Shown piece after piece: positions 35,634 to 50,100 of a stretch of 64,000 bases of DNA. The position numbers and the translations under genes were made by a program. The notes under the pieces are model-generated. The model did no database searches, had not been told where the DNA came from, and worked only from the letters and a program-made list of their open reading frames with translations. This DNA comes from a virus (lineage: Duplodnaviria > Caudoviricetes). Every line of letters starts with the position of its first letter. Within the stretch, counting starts at the first letter, position 1. The DNA lies in IMG/VR virus record IMGVR_UViG_3300001919_000035, positions 10,257 through 74,256 of that record. One strand, written 5' to 3'.

Positions 35634-38600
35634 TTAATTAAGTGTATTAGACAGATTTCGAAGCTTTTCAGCAGGATTCTTCATATTATAGTAAGCATTA
35701 GTATACTTATTTACTTTAAGTAAATCTCTCTGCCATCCATATAGTCCTTTATAAGATCCTTTTGTTATCTTCTTCCATTTTCTTTCTTCTAAGTATGCAA
35801 GAGGATTAAATACATTAGAAAGATCTTCTGCAGTATTGATTAAAGGAGTTAAAGAGTTTAAGATATTTAATACATCCATAGGATTATATCTAGAGCCAGA
35901 TTCTAATGATATTTTCTTTAACTCTAATCTCATATAATTACTCCAGTAATAATCATCTTGATCATCTCCACCTAAACTAAAGATATTAAATAAAGTAAGC
36001 CAGAATATATATGTTAATATTTGAGCGCTTGCTCTTCTAGTATAGGATTTAACTTGTTTTTTTACAGTGTCCTCACCGTATAATTTTACAGCTTTTTCAT
36101 AATTATTTTTATTGAAACCTGTTAGAACTTGTAGATTAAATGCATACCAATATGCAGTTAAAGTACCCATTGCTAACTCCTTAGTTTGGTAATTCCAATA
36201 CATAGGAGATAACGTATTTTCAATATTTTTCGGTAGAAAAGCACGGAACATCAGTATACTGCTAAGAGCAGTACTCAAATAAACTCCACTTTTATCAGCT
36301 TCTTCAACCATACCTTCTGCATGACTAGATATAGCTCCTAATCTACTAGATACTTCATTTTCAAGATCTTGATCTACATACTTAGCATACTTTGGTTTAA
36401 CTTTTAAACCGTTCTTTGTCATTTCATATGCACCCCATAGATTCTCTTTAGTATTGTTGTATATTACTTTCTTTTCTTTTAAAGACTTCTTAGGAAAATG
36501 GTTGTTAAGAAAATCGTTCTCAGAAATAAAATGTAATTTACCATCCTCTAGTTCGATTAATCTATAGTTTAAATATGTACCTATTGCAAAAGTACTATTA
36601 GGTAAGATAGAAGCCATCTTAAATACAGCATATGGTTCTGTTAATCTTTTAGCCATTTTACCTATTCTCCATCTGTTAGTATTAGAAAACTCTTCTTCCT
36701 GATTGAAAGATAGACCATTTAACTCTAATACTCCCATCAACTTGCTATTAGACATATTCTTACCAAACTGTCTTAAAAATTTTAAAGTAATAAGTTCCTT
36801 AGCTAACTCTTTATTTGCTATTATAAAGTCTCTGGTATTAATAAACTTACTAATAAAAGAATCAGCTGCATAAAAACTCCATGCAGATACACCACCTGAT
36901 ATAGCAGATCTAGGATTCCAAGCAAGCCCTAAGTCTCTTCCCCAATCAGCAAAATATCTATATACTTTTTCTAAAGAAATTTTTCTACCATTTACAGTAA
37001 CATCTTTGAAATTAGCAGTTCTTCCATACAAATGAAATCCTAAATATTTGTGTACTTCCTGAGATAGAGCACTATTTTCTGCCTGTACAGATGTTTTACC
37101 ATTGTTAATAAATCCTTCTTTACTTATGATACTATCTAATAGATTAAGCTGTGGAGCTACTTCTTTCTTATTTTGATAGTTAGAAGCCATTCTATAATAT
37201 TTAATAACAGCACCAATTAAGTCATTTGTACCTACAGAAGGATCAGTTAACATAGAAGTATACATAGTAGGCATAATATTTATTTCAGTACCATTTGGTC
37301 TAGTCTCTACCTTTACTCCATGTAATTCATCATCTGGATTAATAGCAAAAGCATCTGTCATATAATCTCTTGTTCCTGTAATCAAGCCTTTACTAGTCAT
37401 ATAATTAAATATACTACCATTTACTTGAGGTAATTTGTAGTTATTTTTATACCTAGCATGAGAGATTTTATCATTACTTTCATTCATGGTATCAATAAGT
37501 ACATCATACAAATGCTTAAGATTAGAATCACGCATTACTGCATCAAATTCCTTTCTGTTATCATATTCTTTTTTAGATAACTTTGGTTGTTCTGCCTCTG
37601 GTATAGTTCTATCATAATTATGATTGTAATAAGCTGCTTCTTCAGATGTTTCAGCCCAATTACTATTAGGAACTCTATGCATATACTTATCTAATACTGG
37701 TTTAACAGTAGTCATATAGGAATGATAATGTTTAACTCCTTTATCATCTACCCATATATCTTCTGATAATACAGCATCTTTTCCTCCATTATCTTTTGCA
37801 ATTTGACTTAATTCAGATTTGAATAATCTTCTATTGCCTTTTACTTTAGGAGCTTTACTACGTACTTTATACATAGCAATGTCTAATTCTTTAATTTTGT
37901 CTTTAACCATCTGAGGCATACGAGTATAATCTACTTCATATTTATCAGTTCTGTAAAGTTTCAAAAGATTAGCTCTTGCTTGATATAATTTATCATATAC
38001 TTCACCATACTCAGCTTTATTTTGTTGTGAAATCATCTTTTGAAATTCCTCTGTGAATTCCCATCTTGTATTTCTTTCTAACCAAGCTTCATATAAAGTA
38101 TATTTACCATCTGGAGTATATCCTTCTGTGTTTCTCATTTTCTCCATCTCAGCAAGGAAAGCCTCCATATTGACTTTTGACTTTAAACCTTTAGATAGTT
38201 CCTCATAAGCCTCAGTTAATTCCATAGCAATTTTATACTCTACACTACCTTCTGGTTTGATTTCTCCAGTAGCAGGATCATATGGATTTGCAAGGTTCCT
38301 TTTTTTCTCAAGTAAGGATAGATATTGTTCATACTCATCTTTAGACATTTTCTCAAATCTAGGTTTCTTGGTTACCTCATCTAAGAAAGGTTTAAGTAGG
38401 TTTTCAATATCTAAATTTATTTCAGATAAAGCCATGTTTGTTTCCATACTTAGTTTAGCAAATATTCTATAGAATTCTGGAGTATATCGTCTTTCTGCGT
38501 TTTCAGATTTCCATTCATTATAGTCTATTTGATATTGTACCCATAAATCTGGATAAAGTTTTAACTCATCTACACTGGCTATTTTATGGTCCTTCAACCA

Positions 38601-41117
38601 TTTCTTTCTCCATTCATACTTATTATTTTGATATACACCATAACGTCTAGGACGGATAAAATATCCTGTCTTTTTACCATTTATATCTCTTTCAAATAAT
38701 TTAGCATGATCACTAGTAGCACTTGCAGCTACTTTAATTTCAGCATATTTGTTATATACTTGTTTATGTGTCTTACTATTGACATCACCAATAGTCTTTC
38801 TTATCAATCTATAAACAAATTGTGGAGAACTAACAGGAGTTGATAACCAACGATTATACCATTTTAAATCACCATCAAATGTTAACCAATTCATTAAAGC
38901 ATTATCTACAGAAGGATCATGAGCACTTTCCATTTCATCTCTAAGAAACTTCTCAGTAGTTCTAATAACAACATTTTTAAACTTATAGCCTATATTCTTT
39001 CTAGTAGGCATTTTAGATGATGATAATTCACTTATTAGACCATTTATAGTAGTAACTACATTATTAAATTCATTTTCTCCTAAGATAGATGAAAATACAT
39101 TATTATTAAACTCAATATTTAATTCATCATGTATTCTACGTAAGTTACTCTCATGTGGATATATATACTCTGCTCCAAAGTTATCTAATGCAGTACGAAG
39201 CTTATTCATTTGATCTACATTATTACTTTGTTGTGCTAGCATTAACTGTTCATCAATTTTATCTATAACACTTTCTGCTTCATTTAAACTATATATAACA
39301 TTATCTACATAGTCTAACACACCATTAAGATAATTAGTTATATTTTCTATATCTTCAGCATCTTTAAGTGAATTCTTTAGCATGTTTAAAGAAGATAGTA
39401 ATTTATCATTACGAATAGTTTCATTTCTATCGAATTTATCTTCTATAGTATTATATTTTAATGATGCTACCCTATTTTCCGCTGTCTTTACTAAATCATT
39501 AAATACAGTTCTTAATCTCATTGCAGAGATCTCTTCACGTTTACTAGCTGCTGGTAGTACATCAGGTATATAATCATGAGTGTCTTCTCTTTTTTCTAAA
39601 GTTTTATAAGCATTAAACTCTATAACATTATCTACTATTTTGTTAATTAAGTCCTGATGAGTAGTATTTTTATTAAACAGTCTTTTAAACCAGTCAATAA
39701 GCTTTTGTAATAATGTTTTTTCTCCAGTAGAAGCACTGAAATCCTGCATATTGAAAATTACATCAGGATTAGAAAACAGTTCTGCTGCAAATTCATATAC
39801 ACTTTCACTAGCATGGTCATTATATTTAGTTGCATATTCTTTTTGTATAGCTCTAAGTTCATTTGCTGCTTCTGTATTCGCTGCTAAAGAATCTAGAGTA
39901 ATAGCATGGGTTATTTCATGTAACAATACATTTTCTAATGAACCATATCTACTGAAATCACCATTTCTATTTACTACAATCTTATCTGCATTCCTATCGT
40001 ATATAGCAGGTGTCCAATAAGTAGCTTCAGGATACATTTCATTTAATGGTCTATCTGTATATTCAATAGATACAGGCTGCATATTTATTTTACTAGCAAC
40101 ATCATTGAGTACAATAGCCATTTCAGAATCCATATTATCTAATAGTTCTTTACTATTACTATAAGATTGCATAGATTCTAATTGACTTATATTTTCTGAG
40201 TTACTATCTGCTAGATATATATTATTATCCTGAGTAGAGAATGTACCTTGATTATCTATTGATTTAATTTGATTGGGATTAAATGCTACATAAGTAGTAG
40301 TAATACCACTTGTTAAAGCAATTCCAGAAGCGTTTTCATCTACGTTTTCAATTATTGCACCTTCTGAATTATTTATTGATTCTTTTTGTTCTTTAGATAA
40401 ATGAGCAATAGTTGATCCTTGCATATCTACTGTAGTAGTATTACGTAAGTTTAAAAAAGCAGGTATTACTTCACCTTCTATATCAATTTTTGATGCAAAG
40501 AATTCACCTGTAAAATTATCTGGATCGTTTACTACACGATTATATTTTTCCATCATTTCATCATAATATTGTGAAGTAACATCAGGAAAAATTTCTAAAA
40601 ATTCTTCTTTGGTCACAGATAATGCACCGCCATCTTCTCCGAACCTATATTTTGCCATATCTCTATCTAATTGCGACGCATAATCTCTACTGCCAGAATA
40701 CATTTCTGCAATTTGTTTATCTTTTGTAAAATATACTCCTTTTTTAATTAGTCCGGTCAAGTGAGTCCGAGATCTTTTAGATTCCAGATTAAAAGTTGTA
40801 GCTCCCTTTGTTGGTCTGCCAGAGTATACTATTAAAGGTTCCCCATTCTCATCCACTACTTTGGATTCACCAAACCAATTTCTAAAGCTTTCAGAGAAAG
40901 TTCTAGCCTTAGCTTGAATAGCAGCTACTCTATCACCATTATAATGCTCTAAAAGGTCTGAAAAGAGCTTAGATGGCTCCCCATTGGGAGCCTTATCTAT
41001 GCCATTACCATTATTTTCAGAAAGAACAAAGTAAGCAGCATCCTCACTACCTAATATGTTCGTGTATTCACTAAGTAATGTTTGTACTTCTGGATTTTTT
41101 GTATTTAAACATTTCAT
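35634..41117 (-). CDS. Giant ejected virion protein with ART-PolyVal-like and zincin-like domains
   Basis: FRNWFGESKVVDENGEPLIVYSG...GVYFT...YVAFNPNQIKS; LLHEITHA...EFAAE (HExxH). Confidence 0.8.
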   Translation of the reverse strand: MKCLNTKNPEVQTLLSEYTNILGSEDAAYFVLSENNGNGIDKAPNGEPSKLFSDLLEHYNGDRVAAIQAKARTFSESFRNWFGESKVVDENGEPLIVYSGRPTKGATTFNLESKRSRTHLTGLIKKGVYFTKDKQIAEMYSGSRDYASQLDRDMAKYRFGEDGGALSVTKEEFLEIFPDVTSQYYDEMMEKYNRVVNDPDNFTGEFFASKIDIEGEVIPAFLNLRNTTTVDMQGSTIAHLSKEQKESINNSEGAIIENVDENASGIALTSGITTTYVAFNPNQIKSIDNQGTFSTQDNNIYLADSNSENISQLESMQSYSNSKELLDNMDSEMAIVLNDVASKINMQPVSIEYTDRPLNEMYPEATYWTPAIYDRNADKIVVNRNGDFSRYGSLENVLLHEITHAITLDSLAANTEAANELRAIQKEYATKYNDHASESVYEFAAELFSNPDVIFNMQDFSASTGEKTLLQKLIDWFKRLFNKNTTHQDLINKIVDNVIEFNAYKTLEKREDTHDYIPDVLPAASKREEISAMRLRTVFNDLVKTAENRVASLKYNTIEDKFDRNETIRNDKLLSSLNMLKNSLKDAEDIENITNYLNGVLDYVDNVIYSLNEAESVIDKIDEQLMLAQQSNNVDQMNKLRTALDNFGAEYIYPHESNLRRIHDELNIEFNNNVFSSILGENEFNNVVTTINGLISELSSSKMPTRKNIGYKFKNVVIRTTEKFLRDEMESAHDPSVDNALMNWLTFDGDLKWYNRWLSTPVSSPQFVYRLIRKTIGDVNSKTHKQVYNKYAEIKVAASATSDHAKLFERDINGKKTGYFIRPRRYGVYQNNKYEWRKKWLKDHKIASVDELKLYPDLWVQYQIDYNEWKSENAERRYTPEFYRIFAKLSMETNMALSEINLDIENLLKPFLDEVTKKPRFEKMSKDEYEQYLSLLEKKRNLANPYDPATGEIKPEGSVEYKIAMELTEAYEELSKGLKSKVNMEAFLAEMEKMRNTEGYTPDGKYTLYEAWLERNTRWEFTEEFQKMISQQNKAEYGEVYDKLYQARANLLKLYRTDKYEVDYTRMPQMVKDKIKELDIAMYKVRSKAPKVKGNRRLFKSELSQIAKDNGGKDAVLSEDIWVDDKGVKHYHSYMTTVKPVLDKYMHRVPNSNWAETSEEAAYYNHNYDRTIPEAEQPKLSKKEYDNRKEFDAVMRDSNLKHLYDVLIDTMNESNDKISHARYKNNYKLPQVNGSIFNYMTSKGLITGTRDYMTDAFAINPDDELHGVKVETRPNGTEINIMPTMYTSMLTDPSVGTNDLIGAVIKYYRMASNYQNKKEVAPQLNLLDSIISKEGFINNGKTSVQAENSALSQEVHKYLGFHLYGRTANFKDVTVNGRKISLEKVYRYFADWGRDLGLAWNPRSAISGGVSAWSFYAADSFISKFINTRDFIIANKELAKELITLKFLRQFGKNMSNSKLMGVLELNGLSFNQEEEFSNTNRWRIGKMAKRLTEPYAVFKMASILPNSTFAIGTYLNYRLIELEDGKLHFISENDFLNNHFPKKSLKEKKVIYNNTKENLWGAYEMTKNGLKVKPKYAKYVDQDLENEVSSRLGAISSHAEGMVEEADKSGVYLSTALSSILMFRAFLPKNIENTLSPMYWNYQTKELAMGTLTAYWYAFNLQVLTGFNKNNYEKAVKLYGEDTVKKQVKSYTRRASAQILTYIFWLTLFNIFSLGGDDQDDYYWSNYMRLELKKISLESGSRYNPMDVLNILNSLTPLINTAEDLSNVFNPLAYLEERKWKKITKGSYKGLYGWQRDLLKVNKYTNAYYNMKNPAEKLRNLSNTLN

Positions 41118-41118
41118 A

Positions 41119-44100
41119 TTAACATTCTTTTCTACGTTGTTTACCTTGTTCTGCTAAATTTTGAAGATCAGTATCTAATTCAGTAGATTGTATAGATTGT
41201 TCCGTATCATTTCCTATTACTATAGGAGAAGATTCTATTATTTCACCATTTTCATCTACTTCTGAATTAATTTCTTCAATACCAGATCTATTTTCACTCA
41301 TATCAAAACCGAACATATAATTTACAGTACTAGCAGGACTAAATATACCACTAATACCAGGAAGTTTAGGATTATTTGATTGAGAATTAACTTTGTTAAT
41401 AAGGTCATTTATTACTTCTGGTATATCTTCTAAGAAGTTATTATCATATTCAGAATAAGTAGGAGCTACATTATTACCTGTAATAATAGAGTATCTTGAG
41501 AACTTGGTACTACCCATAACATACGAACTCATATATTCTGTAACTACACCTTTACCACCTTCTCTAAATCCTTTCTTATTAACTAAGATATACAATGGTT
41601 TATTTAAAGTACGTTTACCATCTTGTTTAGTGTATGTACCAATGAATTTATAAAGATCATAACCACCAGTTGAATTATTACTTCTTACTTTGATATAAGG
41701 ATGGTATAAAGGAGTATCATCTAAGTTTTTGCATATCATTTGCCTATTACTTCCTTTAATAGCAACTGGTACCATTTTGTTACCTCTTCTTTCTCTATGA
41801 ACATATACTCCTTTCTTAGAAGTATCAAGAACTGGTACTAATGTATTGTCTTGCCAGTTATTACGATAAATTTCATGTACGTCTTCCTCTGTAAATATTC
41901 TACTAAAATCATTAGTTTCTTCTAATGCACGTACATTTTCATAATAACCTAATTCTTCTAATTGCCGCATAGGGATAAAATCAAACAAAGAATTAAGATG
42001 TTTAGTACCATGACCACTGAATACTGCATATCTAACAAGATCATATGCTAAATCGTGTAATTCATTGTTATCACTATCTAACAGTTCTTGCCAATACTCT
42101 CTAATTTGTCTACTAGCATTAGAACTAATATCATCAGAATAATCCAAACGGATATAATCTATAGCTTTACCACTACTATCAGTAACACCTGTTAAACTAT
42201 TTAAGAATAAATTACTTATTCTACCATTAGTTACAGATATAACAGGATATTTATTACCATTATTAGCCGCATCATTAATTATATCTTTTTTAATTCTGTT
42301 TAATCTCTTAGCAATACTATTATCACCAATAAATAAATCTCTCAAACTTCTAAGACTGCCTATAAGAGGACTGTTAACATTATCATACAAAGAATAAGAT
42401 TTCCAGTAAGAGTCCATAGCATTAGTAATTGCTGTAATAGTTTGCTTATTACTTACTGATTTTAAACCACTAGAATTTACAAATGACTTAAATAGATTGT
42501 AATATTGAGTTTTAGACTGTATATTTACTTTATCTAATAAATTTAAAGTAAATAATATACTATTGTCTATTTTTCTCTGTAAGAAAGTATCTTCATAGAA
42601 TTTCTTAATCATTTGTGGAGTAAAGTAAGGAGAGTTATACATATCTGCTACTTTATCCATAAACTGACGCATTTCAATAGCATTCTTACCAAACTTCTTA
42701 GTATCTACCTGAGATGCTTTTACAAGATCTGATAATGCTCTTGCCATAGGATCTAATTGCTTATACAGTTTATATACTAGCAATTGTCCATAGTAATAAT
42801 CAAAATCTTTATCTTTTTTATTAGCCTTATCAAGTAGATTCTCTAAATAACCTAATTTGCCTGATTCTGGTATTTCAAATAATACTTCATCAGTAATTCT
42901 ATCATTAAGCAATAAATCTTTAAGCTGTTCTTTCTGATCATTGCTCTTTGCTAAAGTCTGTGCTTTCTTAGTAAATTCATCTATAATAGACTTTTCTTTT
43001 TCATCATAGCGTCTTTGGAATGTCTTACTAGTATCAATGCCATATACTCCTTTACTCTGGATATAATCTTGAGCCATACGCTTCATTATTTCCTGAGATA
43101 CAAAGTACATAGTATTTTTACCAGCTCCATTTCTAAGTAATAAGTTTGTTATATTATAAGTAAATGTATTTACATTCAGCTTAATAATATAATTATCCTT
43201 AGCAACGTCTACGTGAGCACTAATTAATGCAGACAGCCAGTCAAGGATATGGATGTCATCTACTCCAGTTACTTTATGTAGATTACCCATATTAGGCATA
43301 TACTCTGGAGCTTGCATTACTAACTCTACTAATTGTCCTAATACATGATGTGGATTGTTAAGAGCAAATGGACCAATACCACTCTTACTATCTGCAAAAT
43401 CTTGTTTCAGATTATCTTGATATTCTTCTGTATATTCATATAAAGCAGTATTATTAGTAACATCTGGGAAATACTTCTTAACAATACCGTTTTTCATAAT
43501 ATTTACTGGAACATCAAGAGGTCTAGTAGTATCATGTACATTCTTAGGATCAAGCATTGAAGCCATAAAGGTATCTATAAGAAGATTTTCAACAGCACCT
43601 TGACTATTTTCTTCTACAGATTTATTAAAGTCATATTGAGTTTTAGTAGCTGTATATGCATATTCTCTATAAGTACCAGTATTAACATCGTAAGCAATAT
43701 TAGAATTAGTTTCAGATAAATACTGATTAATAGATTCTGATGCCTTCATAGAATTTCTTCTAGTAACAGGCTCACCATCTTTAATTCCAAGTACTTCATC
43801 TGCCCATTCATTATATCCCTTAAGAGCTATTTCTACTTTCTCTTTACTTACTTCTTTACCTAATTGATTACTACGTCTAACTGTATAGTTATATCTAGTT
43901 AAGAACAATTTATCAATATCAAAGTCAGAACCAGTTCTAGCAGTAAACTCGTCAGGCATTATAATTATATCTCCTGCTTGAGACATTACTACATCTCTAA
44001 TAGTTAGAGCAGCAATAGAAGACATACCTTGAGTAGGTACACGATAAGCCATACTAGATGGAGAAGCATTATCTCCTATAATATGGTTATCTATCAACCA

Positions 44101-47100
44101 TTGTCTAGCTTCCAGGAAGGACATATTACTATAACCTGGTATAATATGTTTTAACAAATTGATTGAAATTACACAATCCATAGAATTGTTTGTATTCTTC
44201 AATTTCAATCTATTACCACCATTAACCATGTATTTAGAATACTGACCAGATTCACTTGCTTTTACCTTTTCGATAGACTTCAAACCAAAAGATGACATCT
44301 GTACAAAGGTACCTCCAGGAAGATTTATATCCACAGTTTCTTTGTTTACTCCAGATATGATCTTAGTAACTAACTGTTTAGCAACAGGAGAAGCAGATAG
44401 AGGAACATTGAATTGACCTTTTTCATTCAGACCAACTTGTTCTATCATATCTGTATCCATATTAGATGCTATCATATCTCTTGTAAGCTTATCTGACAAT
44501 CCAGCTAAGTCATTGAAAGAATATGTACCATCTTCATTTTTAACAGCGTGTAAACTCTTTAAAATACGATTTAAACCTCTATCAGATAAGTTATCAATAG
44601 CTTTCATAGCTAGATCTCTCATCTCTCTACCCTTCACTACTTTACCACCAGGTAATGTATAATCTCCATCTAATCTAATATTAGAATATACAGTTTTCAT
44701 AGCCTGAGTAACCAACATACGCTTTTCGGCATCATGTGCTTCAATAGGCATCTGATTAAGCAGGTTAGAGAAATTCTGTTGTCTAAAGGTAATGGGTTGT
44801 TTATAATAACCATTATCGTCTTTAGTAAAGAAATCTGTTACTTGAGATTGAGTAGCATCTGTGTAGAAATCATATTCTACTATATTACCTACTTTAACAG
44901 CAGAGTCTGTAGTAAACATGTCTATAGGGTTTTTAGTATCTGACATTCTATCATACAATACTCTTAAATCACCAGTAGCTAATACTTTGAATAAAGGGAA
45001 AATAGCCATCTTGTTAAAGATAGGCATATTGATAAATTCACCTGGTAATGGTTGTAGTATTTCATTACCAAAGTATACCATCTTTTTAGGAGATAATATA
45101 GCAGCTAATGTGTTAGTATATTTACGTATATCACCTAAATCATCTGCATGTTCTTCTACATAGTCGATAGCTGCTTCTACTTCTGGTGTAAGCTGACCAT
45201 GTGAAGCTAAAATAGCCTTATACATAGTAGGAGACACATATACAGAAGCATCTGCTTGGTTAATAGGAGTTTTCTCTTCATTAACTTCTATAGTACCATC
45301 TTCTTTTCTCTTTATATCACCATACAAAGACAAATCACGCTCAGTATTTTGCTTAGCTAGTGCTTTTATATCTTCTGGTACACTTTCACTTAAAAATACA
45401 TCATCCGAAGTAAATACATCATTAATATATTCATCTGTGAACTTACCAGATGCTTCCATATATTCTCTTACATACGCATTATAAATAGCTTTATACAATT
45501 CAGCAGGCTGATTAGTACGTAACTCAATGTCTTTCAATCCAGCTACATTATATCTACCTTGTTTGAATCTTTCATTGCTATTCATTATATGATTAGGGTT
45601 TGAGAAGTCTGTTCTAGGCCTATCTCCAGTAGATAAAGTACCGGCAAGACGCTTAGATACATCAGGATAACTCTTGTAAAATGCTTCATCTTTATAAAAG
45701 ACTTTTTCAGTCTCAAACATTGATACAAAGTTATTAACAGTAAAGGTTGCAATGGCATCATATATTGCTAAATTTTCTCTAAAGTCTTTATTTTGATCTC
45801 CAGATAATGTACTGATAGAATTTGCTAAACTGTTAGTTCTTTCATTTATATTACTTACTGGTAAGTATACATTCTTATATAAACCATTATTATTCTTAGT
45901 AATAAGACCTAATTTCTTTATATAATCTAATTGTTTACCAACCATCACTTGTAATGTAGTATTAAGATCCTCTTTGAGTTGTGCTTTATTGTTAAAATAA
46001 TCCATTAACTCTTGATCACTTAAACTATCAAATGACATGTAATTTAGATTACCATCAGCATCATATTTATATACTCCACGAGTTATTCTAAACTTACCAC
46101 CTCTACCATTATCTTGTCCACGTTTACCAAAATACTTAGTAGGTCTGTTAGCATCATCTATTTTATCTTCTGCTAATTTCATTCTACGATACTGTAGAAT
46201 AGCATCATACTCACTTCTATAGTACTTATAAAATTGTTCTATTACATCATTAGAAAATCTTACATCCACACTATTTTCAATAGGAGTAAATTGAAGAGTT
46301 CTATTTTTAAACAATTTCAAACCTTGTATTGGCATATATGTCTTCTTATCAGACATTGTGGGCAATAACAAAATATCATTTTCAGAACATACGAATTTAG
46401 ATATGAATGTTTCAATTTTAGGAGCAGATTGATAATCAGTACCAGTGTTACCAGAATTATATTCAGTGATATTAAGTAAAGTACCTACAGTAAGTCTAGT
46501 ATTTGGATTGCTCTTTAACGAATTATACACTAAAGAGGAAGTATTAATAGGACATTTCAATAACTTTGAAACATAGTTTCTATCATTATTTAATTTCTTT
46601 ACTTCTAGAGTAAGGTAATTATACTTAGATAATGGGTATACTGTAGTATTCTTTGGACCTAATACTTTTTCTTCAAGATTATTAGTATTTTTCTGATAAT
46701 GTACTATTGCTAAATTCAATATACTACTTTCACCAGTAAATATGCCATCTAAAGTACGTTTAATTCTGTCCGAATTTTTATCTTTTACTGGTCTACGTAA
46801 TATTTCAGGTAACGCCTTTGCAAGACTACCGTCTCTATTACTTGTTAACAGATCTTTAGCAGCTTGTAATAATGTAGGTTTATTGACTGAATTAACAGCA
46901 GATACTTTATCTACAATAGCTTGAAACAATGTATCATAATTTACACCTATACCAATACTATTATAAAAGTCTACAAACTTATAAAGTACTTCATTAAATT
47001 GTTCATTAGACGTAGAATCGGTCATTCTAGCTAATTCATTTGTAATACTAGTAAGTTTATCTCTTGCTTCTTTCAATTTATTCATATCTGGCTTTCTATT

Positions 47101-50100
47101 ACCAGATTCATCTGTATATACAAATGCACTATTGAAGAAATTCCTATTCCAGTCATTTACAATCTTCTTACCATTACGTAAGTTAACACTACCGCCTAAG
47201 TTAGCCATATATTGGATAGCATTCTCACCAATATTTTGAAAACCTACAGTAAGGAAATTATGTCTATAGCCAGTAATAGTTTGAAATATCTGAGTTTGTA
47301 AGTTTTCATTTTCTACAGAGGATAACTTATCATATACAGATGCAAAAAATGAATCAGTTTTAGCTAATTGAGCAGCACGTTTGATAAGACCACTATAAGT
47401 ATCTTCATCAAACATTTTATCAACAATTCTACGCCAAGCAGTTAAGAATGGAGTTACTTTAGGTATACCTGTTTCAGGATTAATATCTCTAACATAAGAA
47501 CCATTTTTATATAAACGATCTTCTATTGAAGACAAGAACAATTTAACAGCAGGTCTGATATTATGTAGTATAGAAACTTCATACGAAGCTTTATCATACT
47601 TATCAAAGTTTTCTTTTTCTATATCCCCACCATCTCTTTCTTCGTCTTCTTCATATATTTCTTCTTCCTTTACTTGTTTAAGATTAAGAGAAGACAAATA
47701 CGATTGTAAGTCTTGTTGAAATATATCAAAGTGATCATAGAGTTCACCAGCAGCAGCTCTTTGTTCTGGTGTAGCATTTTCATCTTCTGACAAATCTAAC
47801 AATAATTCTCTCATATCAGCATAATCAATGGTAATATTAGAGAGATCGTTAACTACATCCTGACTATTAAGAGATTGATTAATGTAAGATATAGCAAAGA
47901 ATTCTACAGCTTGATTATAATTATCAAGAGCTTTTATATTCTTAAATTCGTAACCATGCTGTGTAAAATTAACTCTATCACCATATACTTGTTCAAATCT
48001 AGCCTTAGACTCTGCATTTACAGGTATATTAGCATATTTACCTTCGTATATACCTCTAAATATACTTGTAGGAGTTACTCTACCAAATAAAGATAATACA
48101 AAGTCTCTAAGTTTATCAAACCATTTAGTTATTCTGTAAGCTTTTTTAGTAGCCCTATTTAACATAAATGCTCTGAAATCTTCTGCTAAGTATTCTTCTA
48201 TTACTTTATCGGTTGCATTCTTAAGATTTCTATGGGTTCTACGATACTCATCATATATCTTATTTCTCTGTTCGTTAGACATTAATAACAAAGATACTCT
48301 ATGATATCCTTCATGATATTCAACACCAGCAGGATCACTAGTAGCTAATATAACAGCATCATTTGTCATATGAGACAATGCGGTAGAAGGTATACCAGAT
48401 GAAATAGCAGTGTCAATTATACTAATTTCAGAATCATTCATACCAAGTTTCTCTTTCAAGAATCTTTTAGCTTGAATAGGATTCATCTTTTCTTTAGTAG
48501 TATACTTTTTATTTGGTGTAAAGTTTACTTTTACTTCTGCTTTACTACCACCCATTGTAGTAAGATCAGAGAAGCTTCTACGTTTCTTAGCTTTTGGTCT
48601 TTCTGCTACAGGTTGTTCTTGAACAGGTTGTGCAACTGTAGGTATAGCTGTAGATTGAGGTATAGTAGTAGGCATATCTTGAGTAATACCATCAGCTATA
48701 ACATAAGGTCTATTATATCTTTCAGCATTCAGATTTGTTTGGATTAAACCATTCTTAACCAACCAGGCTAAAAGTGATTTATCCATATCATCCTTAGTAA
48801 AGGATATACCATCAAATAACTGTAATTTGCCACCTGCTTTTTCTACACTACTGTTTAATCTACCCTGAAATGCTTGGCTAAGCTTAGTAGTTACACTTAA
48901 TTCCTGATTATTCTTACTAGGTACTTTAAATGGTATAGATCCTGTAGTCATTAACCAGTCAATAAAATGCTGTTTCTCCTGTTCTTTTTGAGCAGCTGAT
49001 AAACCTGCTAATTGTACTTGATTTGTACCATAATGTAATACACCAAATTGACCTTTATTATCAATATATAATTGTTTATTTCTAAGATTATTCTTAGCGG
49101 CATCATTAATATCACTTTCAACATTTACTGTTGTAGGATCACCATAATTTAAAAATAAATCAATTATATCACTACCAATCAGGTTAGTATCATTTACTTG
49201 ATCTCCACTCTTAAATCCATACTTAAATACTATGTCTGCAATAGTTTTTACTAATTGTGGATGTTTATTAAGTCTGGACATATTTAACTTAAGTGGTAAT
49301 GGTCTACTAGATAGTCTTTTTTTACCATCAATTATGTAATATACACCACCAGAAGTAGTACCAATAAAACCAGTATTATCCCCTTCAAGGTTAAATATAG
49401 TTTCTGTAGATCTTACACCTGTACTATATGCAAAATTTTTAAGTTCTTCATCAAGATTAGAACTTAATTGGAAAATTGTATTATACTGTTTATCAGATAT
49501 AGGTCTTTCACTTGCTAGAGTACCCTCAATAGCATTATGAAGTAATAATCTTGTAGGAGTTACTTTAATATTAGGATCTATTGCATTGAGTAATTTACCA
49601 TTTTCATCAGTCTTTACAAACCTAGATATAATATCAGCTCTTCTTTCTCTAAGCTTATTTATCATATCTTGATACTCTTCTGCAGATAAACCTCTGATAT
49701 TATTAGGACTACGCATAGCAATCCAATATCTCTTACCCGATTTACTATCAGTAACAATCATTCCTACTCTAGCATAATCATAAGTATTTGGATTACTCCA
49801 ATTTACTGTTTTACCAGTTGCTCTTTCATAGTAAGGAGCTACTGCATATTCATAAGATAAATTACTAGAATTATTCTTGAATAATTCTGGTAGTTCAGAA
49901 TTAGGGGAGAACTGTATGTATTGACCATTAAGTTCTATTTTCTCTCCTACTGTAGCAGTTGGTAAATAATGGAAAGTATTTAATATACCTAATTCACTAT
50001 TTTCAGAAAAATCTGCTAATTGAGAATCAGTGATAGCATCTTGTGGTATAGCATCTGGTGCTTGTGGAGAAGGCAGTACACCATCATTCACTGCATCCTT

